Part shown: positions 25,398 to 35,667 of the stretch, piece after piece
Position numbering within the stretch: position 1 is the first letter of the stretch
Layout of the letters: each line of letters opens with the position of its first letter
Source: a virus
Lineage: Duplodnaviria > Caudoviricetes
Strand: one strand, 5' to 3'
DNA: 64,000 nt
IMG/VR virus record: IMGVR_UViG_3300028581_000010
Notes under the pieces: generated by a model
Database searches by the model: none
Told to the model about the DNA's origin: nothing
The model's input: the letters and a program-made list of their open reading frames with translations, nothing else
Program-made: the position numbers and the translations under genes

Positions 25398-26300
25398 TTA
25401 CGGTGTTGGGCAATTGCAATTGGCGTTTGTAGTGCTTAGATACGTGGTAAGCTGTACGTTGAGGTTATCGTAGTAGTTCTTGAGACTCAGGAAGTTATTC
25501 TCGAGGCTTACCAGCCTGCCTGTGAGGTCGGCTAGGTCGTCGCACCCAGAGCATGGTGTGCAGCAAGTGTCTGTAAAGCTCAGCGTGTAGGCAGCGGTAT
25601 TGGTGACACTTAAACAGTTCAATCCAAGTAGATTTATGTTCCCTTCGGCGTCTGGGCCTACACCGTCGATTGTCTTAACACATGTGTCGTAAACACATGC
25701 TTTATTAAGACCTAGCCCATCGCCAGCGTCCAGTATCACGTAGTTCTCAAGCTCGTCGAAGGTGAAGCGTAGGTTAGTTCTTGAGGCGAGCGTTACATTG
25801 CCAGTGATAGAGGTCTCTCCGTTCACGTCATCTGTAAAGCGTATGCGTGATATACCCTTCATGGAAGGTATCGCTGCACGCGCCTCAAACTCAGTAGCTG
25901 CTAATTCAAACGTAAACTCTCCTGTGGGTTGCTCTTGGAGGTCAGCTACGCGGCCAATAGTAATCTTACCGTTCGCTCCAGCGAAAGCAGCCGTCTCTTC
26001 AAGATAGTAGTCGTCGTTGATGGTATGCGTGTTTAAATCCACCTGCACGTAGCCAACTACAGAGGTAGTTCCTGCCAGATCTGCGGAGATCTCTAATACA
26101 AAGCTCGTGAGCTTGTTAAATAGGCTCGAGATGAAGTATCTCTCCTGAATATCTCCGCCCACTGCCAGGGTGGCATCTACCAACAAGGAGTCCGGTATGA
26201 CAAAGTTGCCGTCGGTGCTAGTTGCCGATGATCCCTCGCGCAAAGGATAGCGCCTTACCGAGTTAAGGTTAAGATAGTCGAGCGAATCAATGAAGGGCAT
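25398..26300 (-). CDS. Baseplate/fibre paralogue 1, Cys-rich C-terminus
   Basis: LDYLNLNSVRRYPL; KTIDGVGPDAEGNINL; CCTPCSGC. Confidence 0.7.
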   Translation of the reverse strand: MPFIDSLDYLNLNSVRRYPLREGSSATSTDGNFVIPDSLLVDATLAVGGDIQERYFISSLFNKLTSFVLEISADLAGTTSVVGYVQVDLNTHTINDDYYLEETAAFAGANGKITIGRVADLQEQPTGEFTFELAATEFEARAAIPSMKGISRIRFTDDVNGETSITGNVTLASRTNLRFTFDELENYVILDAGDGLGLNKACVYDTCVKTIDGVGPDAEGNINLLGLNCLSVTNTAAYTLSFTDTCCTPCSGCDDLADLTGRLVSLENNFLSLKNYYDNLNVQLTTYLSTTNANCNCPTP

Positions 26301-26301
26301 G

Positions 26302-28221
26302 TTAGATGCTCCAATAGATACCAAGCAGGCCTATGTCTCCAGTATAATCTCCGCTTCCAAGTAATGCACGAGTAAGTTTGAAGTTAACTATGGCGTCAGC
26401 AGTCAGTGCCGCCTGCGGTACAACAAGTGTTGGACTGCTTACCTTGACAATAGTGTTCAGCGTGTAGCTGGTTGGCGTAGCTGTGAGCGGAAAGCTGGCG
26501 GTTACCGGTGAAGAGGCGGCGCTTGTAATAGCCACTCCCAGCTTGCTAACAGCATACTGAAAGGTGAGCGCTACGTTTCTAGTTGTCTCTGTTCCGTATG
26601 AGCGCGAACCGAACAAATGAAGCGTTAACTTAAGGTTAGATGTTATTGCGTAGCTGCTTGGCAGGATTATCTTACCGATCAGTGCATATGGTGTGCTGAT
26701 TGTGGCGAAGTATGGCAGCTTGATATAGGAGTTAAGCCCCATAAACTCCAGAGAAGCATTGACGGGTTCTATGGAGTCTACAAAGCCGGTTAGGCCTTCG
26801 TCCTTATAAGATACCTGGTATTTGCCTTCGCCAGATCCTACTTCTGTGACCTTGATGTCTCCTGCGCCTGTAAGCTGCGAGACCACAGGCGTCACCCCCT
26901 TGAGAAACTTACCCGTATTGTCGTCGAATGTCAGCGATGATACCGCGGTACCTGTGTTTGCCTCAGTCACGGTGAACTCAGGCACGATCTTCGCATACAG
27001 GTCGCCAGTGAAGGCCTCCTCTGTGGGATTGTCCTTGCTATAGAACCTAATCAAGGATGTGCCTCCATAGAAAGGTCTCAGTGAGCTAACCAGCTGCGTG
27101 CGCAGGGCTGGGTTAAACTTGGAAAAGCTTATGAATGTACGTGGACGTAGTTCGTCCGATCCTTTCGTGGTAGGCCAGTCGGTAGTCTCCCACACGCCGC
27201 TAGCTAAATCCGAAGCCCAGGGCTGTTTACCGTCCTCATCTGAGTACCACCACAACCCATACTGGTCCACGCTGTAGATACCGTCCGGCGTATAATCATC
27301 CATCAACCTCTGGGTGATACCGTTTACAGTTATCTGCACAAAATTAGAAGGAATTGGCGGTAAAGCTGCCTTGAGTTCACTAGCCTCAATCTTCTCATTA
27401 TCGGTCAAATTGTCATCGTACTGGTAGTCTCCACCAGGAATATAGTAAAAAAACTTAGCCCCTGCCGGAATAGCTACACCAGGTAGCACTGTTGCAGACG
27501 CTGTGACCCACCCCAGTTTACCGACAGCGCTAGCCGCAGTTGTATCAGGCAGCGTCCATGTGCCGGTTGTGAGCAATGGGGTGCCGGCCGGTCTATCTAG
27601 TACGTTGTAGCGATAGTTGATAAAGAACTGAGAGAACTCGTCTACGCTTGGCTGCAATAGAAAGGATGTTTTTGACAGCGCATAACCCACATATACAGGA
27701 ATACCTGCAGGGTTCTTGGTGATCTTGCCCGGATATCTGCGCGACAAGTAATACGGGCCCACCTCGAATGTTTCTGGCGAGGAAGCGTCCTGTTCTATCA
27801 GCCCATACACGGCATCATCCAGGTTGTAGCTTAGCTCGCAAAGCCCGTGAATGTATAAGTCGGCCTTCGTACCAGAGGCGTTGAGGCCGCGCACAATACC
27901 AAATGTAAAGTTTGAGTCAGTCGGAGCATACATCGAGCGCGCGTTAGAGGAAGAAAAGCCAGTAATAGCTTTGTCCAACCCAGTACCATTCACATCCTCT
28001 TTATAATAAGCCACGCTTAGCCCTACACCAAAAGTAGCGTCGGGATGTACTGGTTGGTCGAAAGCAAGCAGCACAGATTTACCGAGCAGCTCGTTGAACT
28101 TCTCGTAAAGATGTTGGTCGCGCTGAATAAGTTGATCCAGCGGCGGATTAACGGTAGACTGCTCTACAGTCTCACCGTCTTTAATTTTTCTTACAGCGGG
28201 TACCCATGGTGTAGCTGACAT
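26302..28221 (-). CDS. Baseplate/tail structural protein
   Basis: Position in the cluster; N-terminal IKDGETVEQSTVNPPLDQLIQR resembles fibre attachment starts. Confidence 0.65.
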   Translation of the reverse strand: MSATPWVPAVRKIKDGETVEQSTVNPPLDQLIQRDQHLYEKFNELLGKSVLLAFDQPVHPDATFGVGLSVAYYKEDVNGTGLDKAITGFSSSNARSMYAPTDSNFTFGIVRGLNASGTKADLYIHGLCELSYNLDDAVYGLIEQDASSPETFEVGPYYLSRRYPGKITKNPAGIPVYVGYALSKTSFLLQPSVDEFSQFFINYRYNVLDRPAGTPLLTTGTWTLPDTTAASAVGKLGWVTASATVLPGVAIPAGAKFFYYIPGGDYQYDDNLTDNEKIEASELKAALPPIPSNFVQITVNGITQRLMDDYTPDGIYSVDQYGLWWYSDEDGKQPWASDLASGVWETTDWPTTKGSDELRPRTFISFSKFNPALRTQLVSSLRPFYGGTSLIRFYSKDNPTEEAFTGDLYAKIVPEFTVTEANTGTAVSSLTFDDNTGKFLKGVTPVVSQLTGAGDIKVTEVGSGEGKYQVSYKDEGLTGFVDSIEPVNASLEFMGLNSYIKLPYFATISTPYALIGKIILPSSYAITSNLKLTLHLFGSRSYGTETTRNVALTFQYAVSKLGVAITSAASSPVTASFPLTATPTSYTLNTIVKVSSPTLVVPQAALTADAIVNFKLTRALLGSGDYTGDIGLLGIYWSI

Positions 28222-28222
28222 A

Positions 28223-28777
28223 TTATAGATCGATCTTAATTCCCCAAACAATGTTCAAGTTGTAATTGGCATTGTAGACAATGCTGTTAAACTGCGTGCG
28301 CGAAAACACAAGGTCTTGAGCAGCTGTGGTTGGGTCCATAGCAGCCACCAACCCCACCTCAAACAGCTTACTCACATCAGTTTCAAGACTAGCACCTACT
28401 GTCTCATTAGCGGAGGTGACCATAGTTGAAAACAGCACTATGTTATCTTCGTAGCCGGCGTCTGATAAGTAGGTAGGCTCGAATGTGAGCGGCTCACGTA
28501 TGTAGCCGAAGTCTACAGATGACTTAAATGGATCAGAGTAGTTCTCGTCGATGTTCGGGGCAGTGAAGCTTCCGCTTGCATTATTGTAGCCTATGTACAT
28601 TCCCCAAATCTTAGCGTTCAACTTTCCAGCAAGAGCGTAGGCCATAATTTTTGCGCCAGCCTTGAGAATCATATTGGGCTGGTCTACGAGCAAGTGCTGA
28701 GCGCCGCTGGAGGGCTCCACCTCAAATATTTTAACAAAGCCGGACATGGTGTGCTTGGGCATAGATTCAAAATTCAT
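28223..28777 (-). CDS. Baseplate/tail-collar-like protein
   Basis: Position in the cluster; C-terminal LFEVGLVA...LVFSR.QF. Confidence 0.6.
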   Translation of the reverse strand: MNFESMPKHTMSGFVKIFEVEPSSGAQHLLVDQPNMILKAGAKIMAYALAGKLNAKIWGMYIGYNNASGSFTAPNIDENYSDPFKSSVDFGYIREPLTFEPTYLSDAGYEDNIVLFSTMVTSANETVGASLETDVSKLFEVGLVAAMDPTTAAQDLVFSRTQFNSIVYNANYNLNIVWGIKIDL

Positions 28778-28798
28778 ACGATTATTTTATTATATAGC

Positions 28799-30823
28799 TT
28801 ACGAAAAGTCGATCAATAAGAGCGTGGATACCTCTTTAGTCGTCGCGCCGGTCGGAATGCTGCCGTACAGCGCCCCATCGCGCAGCTTGGTCCCAACGCT
28901 GCCCTTGAGTTTTATGTTGCTTGGTACCATGTGCAACGGTGTATCACCTGTACCAAATGTGAGATCAGGCGCTAGATCCGCGCTCCAGGTTGGGCACTGA
29001 GCCACGCAGAACAATCTACGCGTATAGTCGCGGTAATAGTCCGGGTCCACCTGCTGCGTGGGGCGGCCACCGGGCGCAAACGTGTCAAACCAGTATGTGC
29101 CTGTAGGTTGAGTTACGTCGGTATCAAGCGTAACCACCGACCCAACTATGTTAGAAATAGTGTATAGCGAGTTTGTACCCCTAAAACGCAGCTGCTGCCC
29201 CACCCGCAGCCCTGCCTCTTCTCCGCTGTTAGCTATGGTTATGTCCGCCTCACCCTCCGTAGCTGTGGCCTCCACATTATACGCCGATGGAACAGCTGCG
29301 TAGCTGGCAGTGCTGCCATCAGCAGCGAAGGTACCAGCAAGGCCCTCCACAGCTATTGAAGAATTTAACCTGTCTAGGTGCTCCTGCGGCATGCCAAGGT
29401 CAATCAGATATAAAAGGTAAACATGCGCGGGTAGATGCTTTCTAAGTAAGCTGTTAAGCCCAAAAAAGTATTCGAACTGGCTGATGTTCAGGAATTTAAG
29501 CTTTAGCAGCGTGGTATTATTTTTAAAAAAGTTGGCGAATAAAAAGTCAACAGGCTTGATAAAAGTCTTGGCCACACCTGTAAGCCCCAGCGCAGCCTTG
29601 GCCTTCTCCTTGTTTGCAGGTAGGTTCATATGCTTATGAAACTCGGCGACGTCTGGTCCACGCCCCTCTACAGGAAAAACGATGTCGCCGGCCGCATTCA
29701 CAGACACCGGTTCTAGCGCAGTAGAGAAAAATAGCTGGTACTTGTAGTTACCGACGAACATATGGTTGGGTAGGCCTAACTTAGGAACAGCCAGGTCTGA
29801 CGTCCACCACTCGCTGCGACGTGCAGCATCCACCATGAGAATAGCGTCTACCAGCTGATCTCCAGCATGCACCACAGTGCCGGGCGCCAGGCCCGAAGCC
29901 AACGTATAACCAACGTCGAATAGATATGCAGATTTATCTGTTATAACGTGCAGTCCCAGTGTGTCCGTATATGAGGATTCCAACGTCTCAGCTGCCATAC
30001 GCACCTGGTCTACACCCATTAAAGCTGAGAGGAGCTGCGCAACCTGCTTAACTGTAGGACCCGAGGCACAAAGTCCTACTGCGGCCTCCATAATCTTCTT
30101 ATAAGCGTCGCTGCTCTCCAGCTTAAGCTCGAAGATTGTGCCAAAATTGTTCTGAATGAGCTGTGTGTCTTCTCCTGCGTTGTACAACCATAGAATTATG
30201 AACTCGTCTGCTTGAACAACCCCAGATTTATCCACAAACGTAATTGGTGCACCAAAGTCAGAGATGAGCGCTGACTTAGCGAAGCCGGCGTTGTCAAATG
30301 GGTTGCTATTGAGGTAAAGTACGCCACGCTCCAGCACCGCGTCCACTCCGTTAAGATACATCACAGTTGGGTCTAATACTCTATCAGCGATAATGGAAAA
30401 TGACTTTAGCTCTGTTGGTAGACTTACACTAAAAATGCTGCCAGATGTGTCTTTTGGGTACCCAAACTGAAAGATTTTACCCGCATAAAAAACATCTAGC
30501 TCAGGCTGCGTACCAAACACAGCGCCGTCAGGTGCAAAGCGGAATGGAGCTAGATTAAGCTCGGACTTCTTCACTATAACAGGAAGCCAGCGCTCTCTAT
30601 GCAGAATCGGTATGTCGTGTACCGAGTACGAGGCTACGGTCTCCACAAGGTTGTAATAGCTTTGTATGAGTTCCTCAGCCATACCGATAGTGTAACCCTT
30701 GATAAACTCCTTGTCAGCAAAGATGCTGGTCCAAAAAGATCCTAACCCGCGAGTGAGCCGCCTATAGTTCGTCCTATAGTCTCCAACTCCGTAAGTTTCT
30801 GGAAGCGTTTGTGCGTAGTCCAT
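28799..30823 (-). CDS. Baseplate wedge-like protein
   Basis: Follows the J-like gene; LRKHLPAHV motif. Confidence 0.55.
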   Translation of the reverse strand: MDYAQTLPETYGVGDYRTNYRRLTRGLGSFWTSIFADKEFIKGYTIGMAEELIQSYYNLVETVASYSVHDIPILHRERWLPVIVKKSELNLAPFRFAPDGAVFGTQPELDVFYAGKIFQFGYPKDTSGSIFSVSLPTELKSFSIIADRVLDPTVMYLNGVDAVLERGVLYLNSNPFDNAGFAKSALISDFGAPITFVDKSGVVQADEFIILWLYNAGEDTQLIQNNFGTIFELKLESSDAYKKIMEAAVGLCASGPTVKQVAQLLSALMGVDQVRMAAETLESSYTDTLGLHVITDKSAYLFDVGYTLASGLAPGTVVHAGDQLVDAILMVDAARRSEWWTSDLAVPKLGLPNHMFVGNYKYQLFFSTALEPVSVNAAGDIVFPVEGRGPDVAEFHKHMNLPANKEKAKAALGLTGVAKTFIKPVDFLFANFFKNNTTLLKLKFLNISQFEYFFGLNSLLRKHLPAHVYLLYLIDLGMPQEHLDRLNSSIAVEGLAGTFAADGSTASYAAVPSAYNVEATATEGEADITIANSGEEAGLRVGQQLRFRGTNSLYTISNIVGSVVTLDTDVTQPTGTYWFDTFAPGGRPTQQVDPDYYRDYTRRLFCVAQCPTWSADLAPDLTFGTGDTPLHMVPSNIKLKGSVGTKLRDGALYGSIPTGATTKEVSTLLLIDFS

Positions 30824-32445
30824 TACAGTAACGATATGCCTATACTATCGATAGTCTGTGCGCCTGCTGCGTCAGACTGATAGTAGTCTATGAAATATTG
30901 CGTTGTCTTTGGTGATATGCCTTTAGCTAAATTTGTCGGAATTATGAGCTCGTCATCACTATCAATATATAGGCTAGTGCCATCATTACACAAAATAGCC
31001 CCATGCATCTCAATAGGAAGGTCGACGCGCTTGATATTGTAATTGTGGCATATGTCTATAATTCTAGACGCCTCCAGCGTTTCACCAAACGGAATAGTAT
31101 TTACATAGTTAAAGATGCTTTGCTTTAAAGCGGACAGCCCGAGCGACTCGACAGTGTCACCTATATTCTTACGCACCAGTGATATGTTTAACGACACAAA
31201 ACAAGGCAGGGCTGCTTTAACAAGATAGTCTGCGCACAGTACGCGAGAGTCGTCGGCGAGGAACATGTCTTGTATATCACCTACATATGGCATGTGGCTG
31301 ACGAGCACGTTCAAGCTCTGATGTGCACCGACCAATGCCGTAGGTACCTCAGAGTAATTAAAGGTCACCTTAGCTGTCTGGTAGCGCGTAAAGCGCGCCT
31401 CTGTGGCGTTGTTGACCTCGTTGTTACGGGCAGTTGGAGTGAAGCTATACCCGTATTCTACGTTTGTAACTTCAAGTGACCCTCCCAGCAGAATACTTGT
31501 GTCAATTGGGAGTACGGACACTATCTTGTAAAAACCTGGCGCGTCAGTTGCATCTAGCTGCAGCTCCCAGGTACCGGGAGCCGTCTTAGTCGCTGTCTTC
31601 ACCAGCTCTAGAAGAGCTGCATTGACGTTGGTCCGGACATATATGTCGGCTTTACCAAGCGTGGCTATTCCGAGCGCATTCTGCTTGTCGCGCAAGAGTT
31701 CGCTGTCAGCTGCACCACAGGCTGATAATGTCTGGAAGGTTGGGTATATCTGCTTAAGTTTTGTTTGAATACCTGCCGGGGAATCTAGCCTATTCGAACC
31801 AAAGTCCACCTTGATCTTGTTCAGCAGGGCCAGATCATCGTCCTTTTCCAGCCCTCCAGTAAAATTACCATAAGCGACAGCCTTAACGAAATTTTGGATG
31901 TACCCAAAAGAGGACAGCTGTAGTACAGTGCCGGACGAAATTGCGTACTTACTGCCGACCTCAGCAGCGACCACATCTACAATGAAATAGCTGAGGCTTC
32001 CTTCGGCGTATACAGAAATATCGCCGAGCGCGGCCGCTGTAGCTGCGTTTGCAGTTACGCTTGCCGCCTGCTCCAGTGTGTAGTAGAGGTTGAGACTGGG
32101 TTGCACAAACTGAAAGCCTTCAGGCAATAATACATCCACGGCAGCAGAGATATAAACTTTGACCTTGCCTGAAACATACTTGCCCTGCTCGCGGCTGACT
32201 CCGTAGTTGGAGGCTATCTTATCCATTACAGTCGTATACGCACCTGCACCGCTCAGTTCAACCTGAGCCAGTGTCTTACCTTGCGATAGCTCCAACAGCT
32301 CGTTATAGATTTCGTTCTGCGCGGATGCGCTCAGCTTGAGGACAAGCTCGCGTATTACAGAGCCAGGACCAACATCGGCCCCAGGATAAGCCTCCGCAAT
32401 CATTGTCGTCAAGCGGGTTAAGGTATTGCTAACAGTTTCGCTCAT
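30823..32445 (-). CDS. Baseplate J-like wedge protein
   Basis: DVGPGSVIRELV, V.V.AAEVGSKY, FTGGLEKDDD.ALL. Confidence 0.75.
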   Translation of the reverse strand: MSETVSNTLTRLTTMIAEAYPGADVGPGSVIRELVLKLSASAQNEIYNELLELSQGKTLAQVELSGAGAYTTVMDKIASNYGVSREQGKYVSGKVKVYISAAVDVLLPEGFQFVQPSLNLYYTLEQAASVTANAATAAALGDISVYAEGSLSYFIVDVVAAEVGSKYAISSGTVLQLSSFGYIQNFVKAVAYGNFTGGLEKDDDLALLNKIKVDFGSNRLDSPAGIQTKLKQIYPTFQTLSACGAADSELLRDKQNALGIATLGKADIYVRTNVNAALLELVKTATKTAPGTWELQLDATDAPGFYKIVSVLPIDTSILLGGSLEVTNVEYGYSFTPTARNNEVNNATEARFTRYQTAKVTFNYSEVPTALVGAHQSLNVLVSHMPYVGDIQDMFLADDSRVLCADYLVKAALPCFVSLNISLVRKNIGDTVESLGLSALKQSIFNYVNTIPFGETLEASRIIDICHNYNIKRVDLPIEMHGAILCNDGTSLYIDSDDELIIPTNLAKGISPKTTQYFIDYYQSDAAGAQTIDSIGISLL

Positions 32446-32449
32446 AAGA

Positions 32450-32926
32450 TTAAATTGGTAATGGTACTAGAAAGTCGGCGGTACTGCCAGCTTCGGTTGT
32501 AAGGAACACATCAAAACCCACATAGTCGCCGCGCAGGACGATATTCCGCAATTTAGCGGAGGCTAACTGCTCGTCTAACGGCAATCCATCTGTCTGGGCC
32601 TGATATTCCTTCAGCCTCACGACGACGCCGTAGTTTGCGAGTGCGAACGTCTGCGAGGCGGCCAGTCTGTCTATCACCCCAGAGCCGTTCTTAATGTTGG
32701 CTAGAAAACTGGTGCCCTCGGTAGGAAAGTCTTCCTGAGAACCTAAGTCGGTGAGTAGAAGAATCGTATAGCGCTGTATCAGCTTCTGTACTCCTGCGCA
32801 AAACCGCCCGATATTACCTACCGTGATATCCATTGTTTGCGCGTCAGGGTTCCTGACGTCAGGGTACTGCAACAAGCTAACGTCTAGCTTTCTTCCTGTG
32901 TAATCTGTAGTGGTTTTAATAGCCAT
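32450..32926 (-). CDS. Baseplate gp25/W-like protein
   Basis: GVQKLIQRY.ILLLT..GS..FPTEGT; sits directly upstream of the J-like gene. Confidence 0.6.
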   Translation of the reverse strand: MAIKTTTDYTGRKLDVSLLQYPDVRNPDAQTMDITVGNIGRFCAGVQKLIQRYTILLLTDLGSQEDFPTEGTSFLANIKNGSGVIDRLAASQTFALANYGVVVRLKEYQAQTDGLPLDEQLASAKLRNIVLRGDYVGFDVFLTTEAGSTADFLVPLPI

Positions 32927-32930
32927 ACTG

Positions 32931-33347
32931 TTAAGTATCCAAATGCTTCTTAAAAGTCTTAAAGTAGTTCAAACTCTGCCCAGCTGTAGCTCCTATTCTG
33001 GCCCCCTTCTGGCTCATGTCGTCGCGATAGAAATGCATGCGGCCCTTATAGCGCTGGACTACTCCGTTTGTAAAGCTATAGAGCATACCTATTTCGAGCT
33101 GCAAGGCACTAACACCTTTACGCTTAGTGGGGTCCTGCTCCTTAAGGCGTTTCACAAATTCCTCGTTAAGCTTGCTACGGTCAGTAACTTTTTGCAGCTC
33201 CTCAACGGTTAACTTCGTAAGCTTGAGATCAGTAGTGGCCCATTTGCGACCAGAGCGGTCGTTTGTAAGCCTGGCAGAGGTCATCGCCTTGGCCCAGGCT
33301 GCAACTGCATTAAAGATTGCGGAGATACTATCGAACATTACTTCCAC
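32931..33347 (-). CDS. Hypothetical protein
   Basis: 138-aa ORF in the operon. Confidence 0.6.
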   Translation of the reverse strand: MEVMFDSISAIFNAVAAWAKAMTSARLTNDRSGRKWATTDLKLTKLTVEELQKVTDRSKLNEEFVKRLKEQDPTKRKGVSALQLEIGMLYSFTNGVVQRYKGRMHFYRDDMSQKGARIGATAGQSLNYFKTFKKHLDT

Positions 33348-33973
33348 CCCGCTGCAAGCGACTCGCTAATGAGCCGTATGCGGTTATTAATTGTCGGTAC
33401 GGAGAGCCTCAGCTTCTTAGCTAGCTGTGCGGTCTCTAGTACAGGTTTGCCACCAAAACCTGTGCGGTGTTCAAAGATAATCTTATCGTTGTCGTTGAGG
33501 TCATGATAAACAAACTGTGTCCATTCATCGTTAGAGCTATCGAACATTGTCGGCAAATTAAAGAGCGACGCCATAGACGTGACTGTTCTGCGGCTGTTTA
33601 GCATATTGTTTACGAGCCTCGTATTAAATCCAGTATGATCGGCCAGCTCCTCAACCGTAGGTTCACGCCCGAGAGTGTGCTCTAGATCCTTAGTTACCTT
33701 GCCAAGCCTATTTATACCAAACTGGGTGTTTTCTGGCAAACGTATTGTGCTACCATACTGCGTAGACATTCTTGACAGCTTTTTAAGGCTATTGACCAGG
33801 TGTGTGCTAAACTTGCTCTTTTCGGGCGAGTAGGTGCGTGCCGCTTCTCGTGCCAGCTTATAGGCTTCGATCTGTACTGTGATCAGCGGAATATTGGTTG
33901 CATACTTCGCTGCCTCGACGTCTATAAGCCGCTTGTTATCTGTAATGAGTTTTTCAACCTCTGCCTTTGTCAT
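33338..33973 (-). CDS. Phage RNA polymerase sigma-70-family factor
   Basis: Region 2-like KFSTHLVNSLK, region 3 LGREPTVEELADHTG, region 4 HTH LAKKLRLSVPTINNR. Confidence 0.8.
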   Translation of the reverse strand: MTKAEVEKLITDNKRLIDVEAAKYATNIPLITVQIEAYKLAREAARTYSPEKSKFSTHLVNSLKKLSRMSTQYGSTIRLPENTQFGINRLGKVTKDLEHTLGREPTVEELADHTGFNTRLVNNMLNSRRTVTSMASLFNLPTMFDSSNDEWTQFVYHDLNDNDKIIFEHRTGFGGKPVLETAQLAKKLRLSVPTINNRIRLISESLAAGWK

Positions 33974-35667
33974 GATTCACCTGTAATGTCTGCTATGAAC
34001 TTTTTCTGAAAGTCTTTCTCTTTTTTACCATCATAACCTAAAAACTCGTCTTTGGAAACACCGATCGTCTGTTTACCCATGCGCCCACAATTAAAATTGA
34101 TGGTAGTTATTGCCGATCCGTTGGCCGGGGGAGATAAATCTACCCGGTGGGTAACGCTTGTTACATAGAACTCCAGAAACATCTCTGTAGAGCGTATAAA
34201 CAACGTTCCGCTAGCGCCTGGCACCCAGTTTGGGTTAAAGCTGAGAGTCATACTGCCCTGGCGGTCGCCGTAGCGCACCTGCAAAAACTTTTGCTCGGCA
34301 TAATTGTCCAGCATATCTTTAAATGGCTTCCTATTGTCTTCAACCGCCTTCTTTTCTCCCTGCGGCAGATCTTCGGAGTTCTCCACGTCAGTTATCTGTT
34401 CCTTATCTTCGTACATGCTGCCGGCATCACAGGCGGCTTTACCCTTCTGGTTTGCCTCCGGCTTGTTTGCACCTGCATCCGAGAAGGCCATGAATGGGTG
34501 TGCGTGCATAATCAGCACACCCGACGCCTTAGATATAATGTGTTCCTCGTCTGTATAGCTCCCCACATATGGACCCCATGTGGTTGTGGATTGCGACGCC
34601 AGCGTCCCACCATAATAGCCCACATTGGATAGAAGCACCGTGGCTACATCCCGGTAACCGTTGTCATTATACACGTAGCCATTGTAGTCTGCAGGGTAGG
34701 CCATGTTCGGTTTATCCTGCATCCGCCTCTTCTCCGGAGGCGTGTGCTCTTGCTCAATAAAAGAGTTGATAGGCACGACAAAGGATTTACTCTGCCCGAA
34801 GACGAGAGTGCAACCCAACTGGTTTAGATAGTTAAGGTAGTTTTCCAAAAGCACCGGGCTCGAGCTGAAGAAAAAGTCTTTTGTGTAGCTCGAAATCAGG
34901 TTATTGTTCATGGCAAGCTTGGATAAATATCCGCCGGTGACGGAGGACAGGTCTACCCCTTCGAGTATCTTAACTGCCTTTTCTACAGCTACAGTATAGA
35001 CTTTATCTTTTAAGATCTTTTCCATAGGCGTCCGAATTCTGCTTTGAGAGGCCTGCGAGCCACCTATAAATTGCTCCCACCCTGAAAGCTGTCTTTTTAG
35101 CATACCAATCAAAAACTTAGTGTAGAATTCTATAGGACTTGCCTTAAAGTCAATACCCTGGCAGACAGCCGCAGAATGCCAGGCGGACACAGTGCCTCCC
35201 CCGCTTGTAGGTGCCGTAAACATTGTAGAATTGAATGGAATCTTATAGATATTTTCCGATGTTGGGTACAAGCCGGGCATAGTAATAGTCACCTCGAGCA
35301 GCGTCTGCGCATGCCCTTTAACGATAGCCTGATACGAAGTACTACCAACAGAGTTGGCCAGAGATATCCCGTCTAACATACCTGCGAACTGCAGCTTGTG
35401 CTTCACCGGATCTTTTGAGCTACTCGGACCAACATGTGTACCAACCTCTATATCTACAGTTATGTCATCCTTGCGCTTATAGCTATCCAACTTGGATAAA
35501 ATGCTTTCCGCGCCTGGAAGCTTATCAATTTTCACCTCGTCTGAGGGGGCTGGAGCAATATCTATAACGCAGGTGGGTATATTACCCACTGAGTAGTTTA
35601 TCGTCACTCCGATCGGTGTAACCCCAGGCAAAGGACTGACTGTTAGCTTTACGTATTTTTCTGCCAT
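33970..35667 (-). CDS. Baseplate hub-like protein
   Basis: FAGMLDG near the N-terminus; C-terminal FNPNWVPG...FYVTSVTHRV typical of hub folds. Confidence 0.6.
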   Translation of the reverse strand: MAEKYVKLTVSPLPGVTPIGVTINYSVGNIPTCVIDIAPAPSDEVKIDKLPGAESILSKLDSYKRKDDITVDIEVGTHVGPSSSKDPVKHKLQFAGMLDGISLANSVGSTSYQAIVKGHAQTLLEVTITMPGLYPTSENIYKIPFNSTMFTAPTSGGGTVSAWHSAAVCQGIDFKASPIEFYTKFLIGMLKRQLSGWEQFIGGSQASQSRIRTPMEKILKDKVYTVAVEKAVKILEGVDLSSVTGGYLSKLAMNNNLISSYTKDFFFSSSPVLLENYLNYLNQLGCTLVFGQSKSFVVPINSFIEQEHTPPEKRRMQDKPNMAYPADYNGYVYNDNGYRDVATVLLSNVGYYGGTLASQSTTTWGPYVGSYTDEEHIISKASGVLIMHAHPFMAFSDAGANKPEANQKGKAACDAGSMYEDKEQITDVENSEDLPQGEKKAVEDNRKPFKDMLDNYAEQKFLQVRYGDRQGSMTLSFNPNWVPGASGTLFIRSTEMFLEFYVTSVTHRVDLSPPANGSAITTINFNCGRMGKQTIGVSKDEFLGYDGKKEKDFQKKFIADITGES

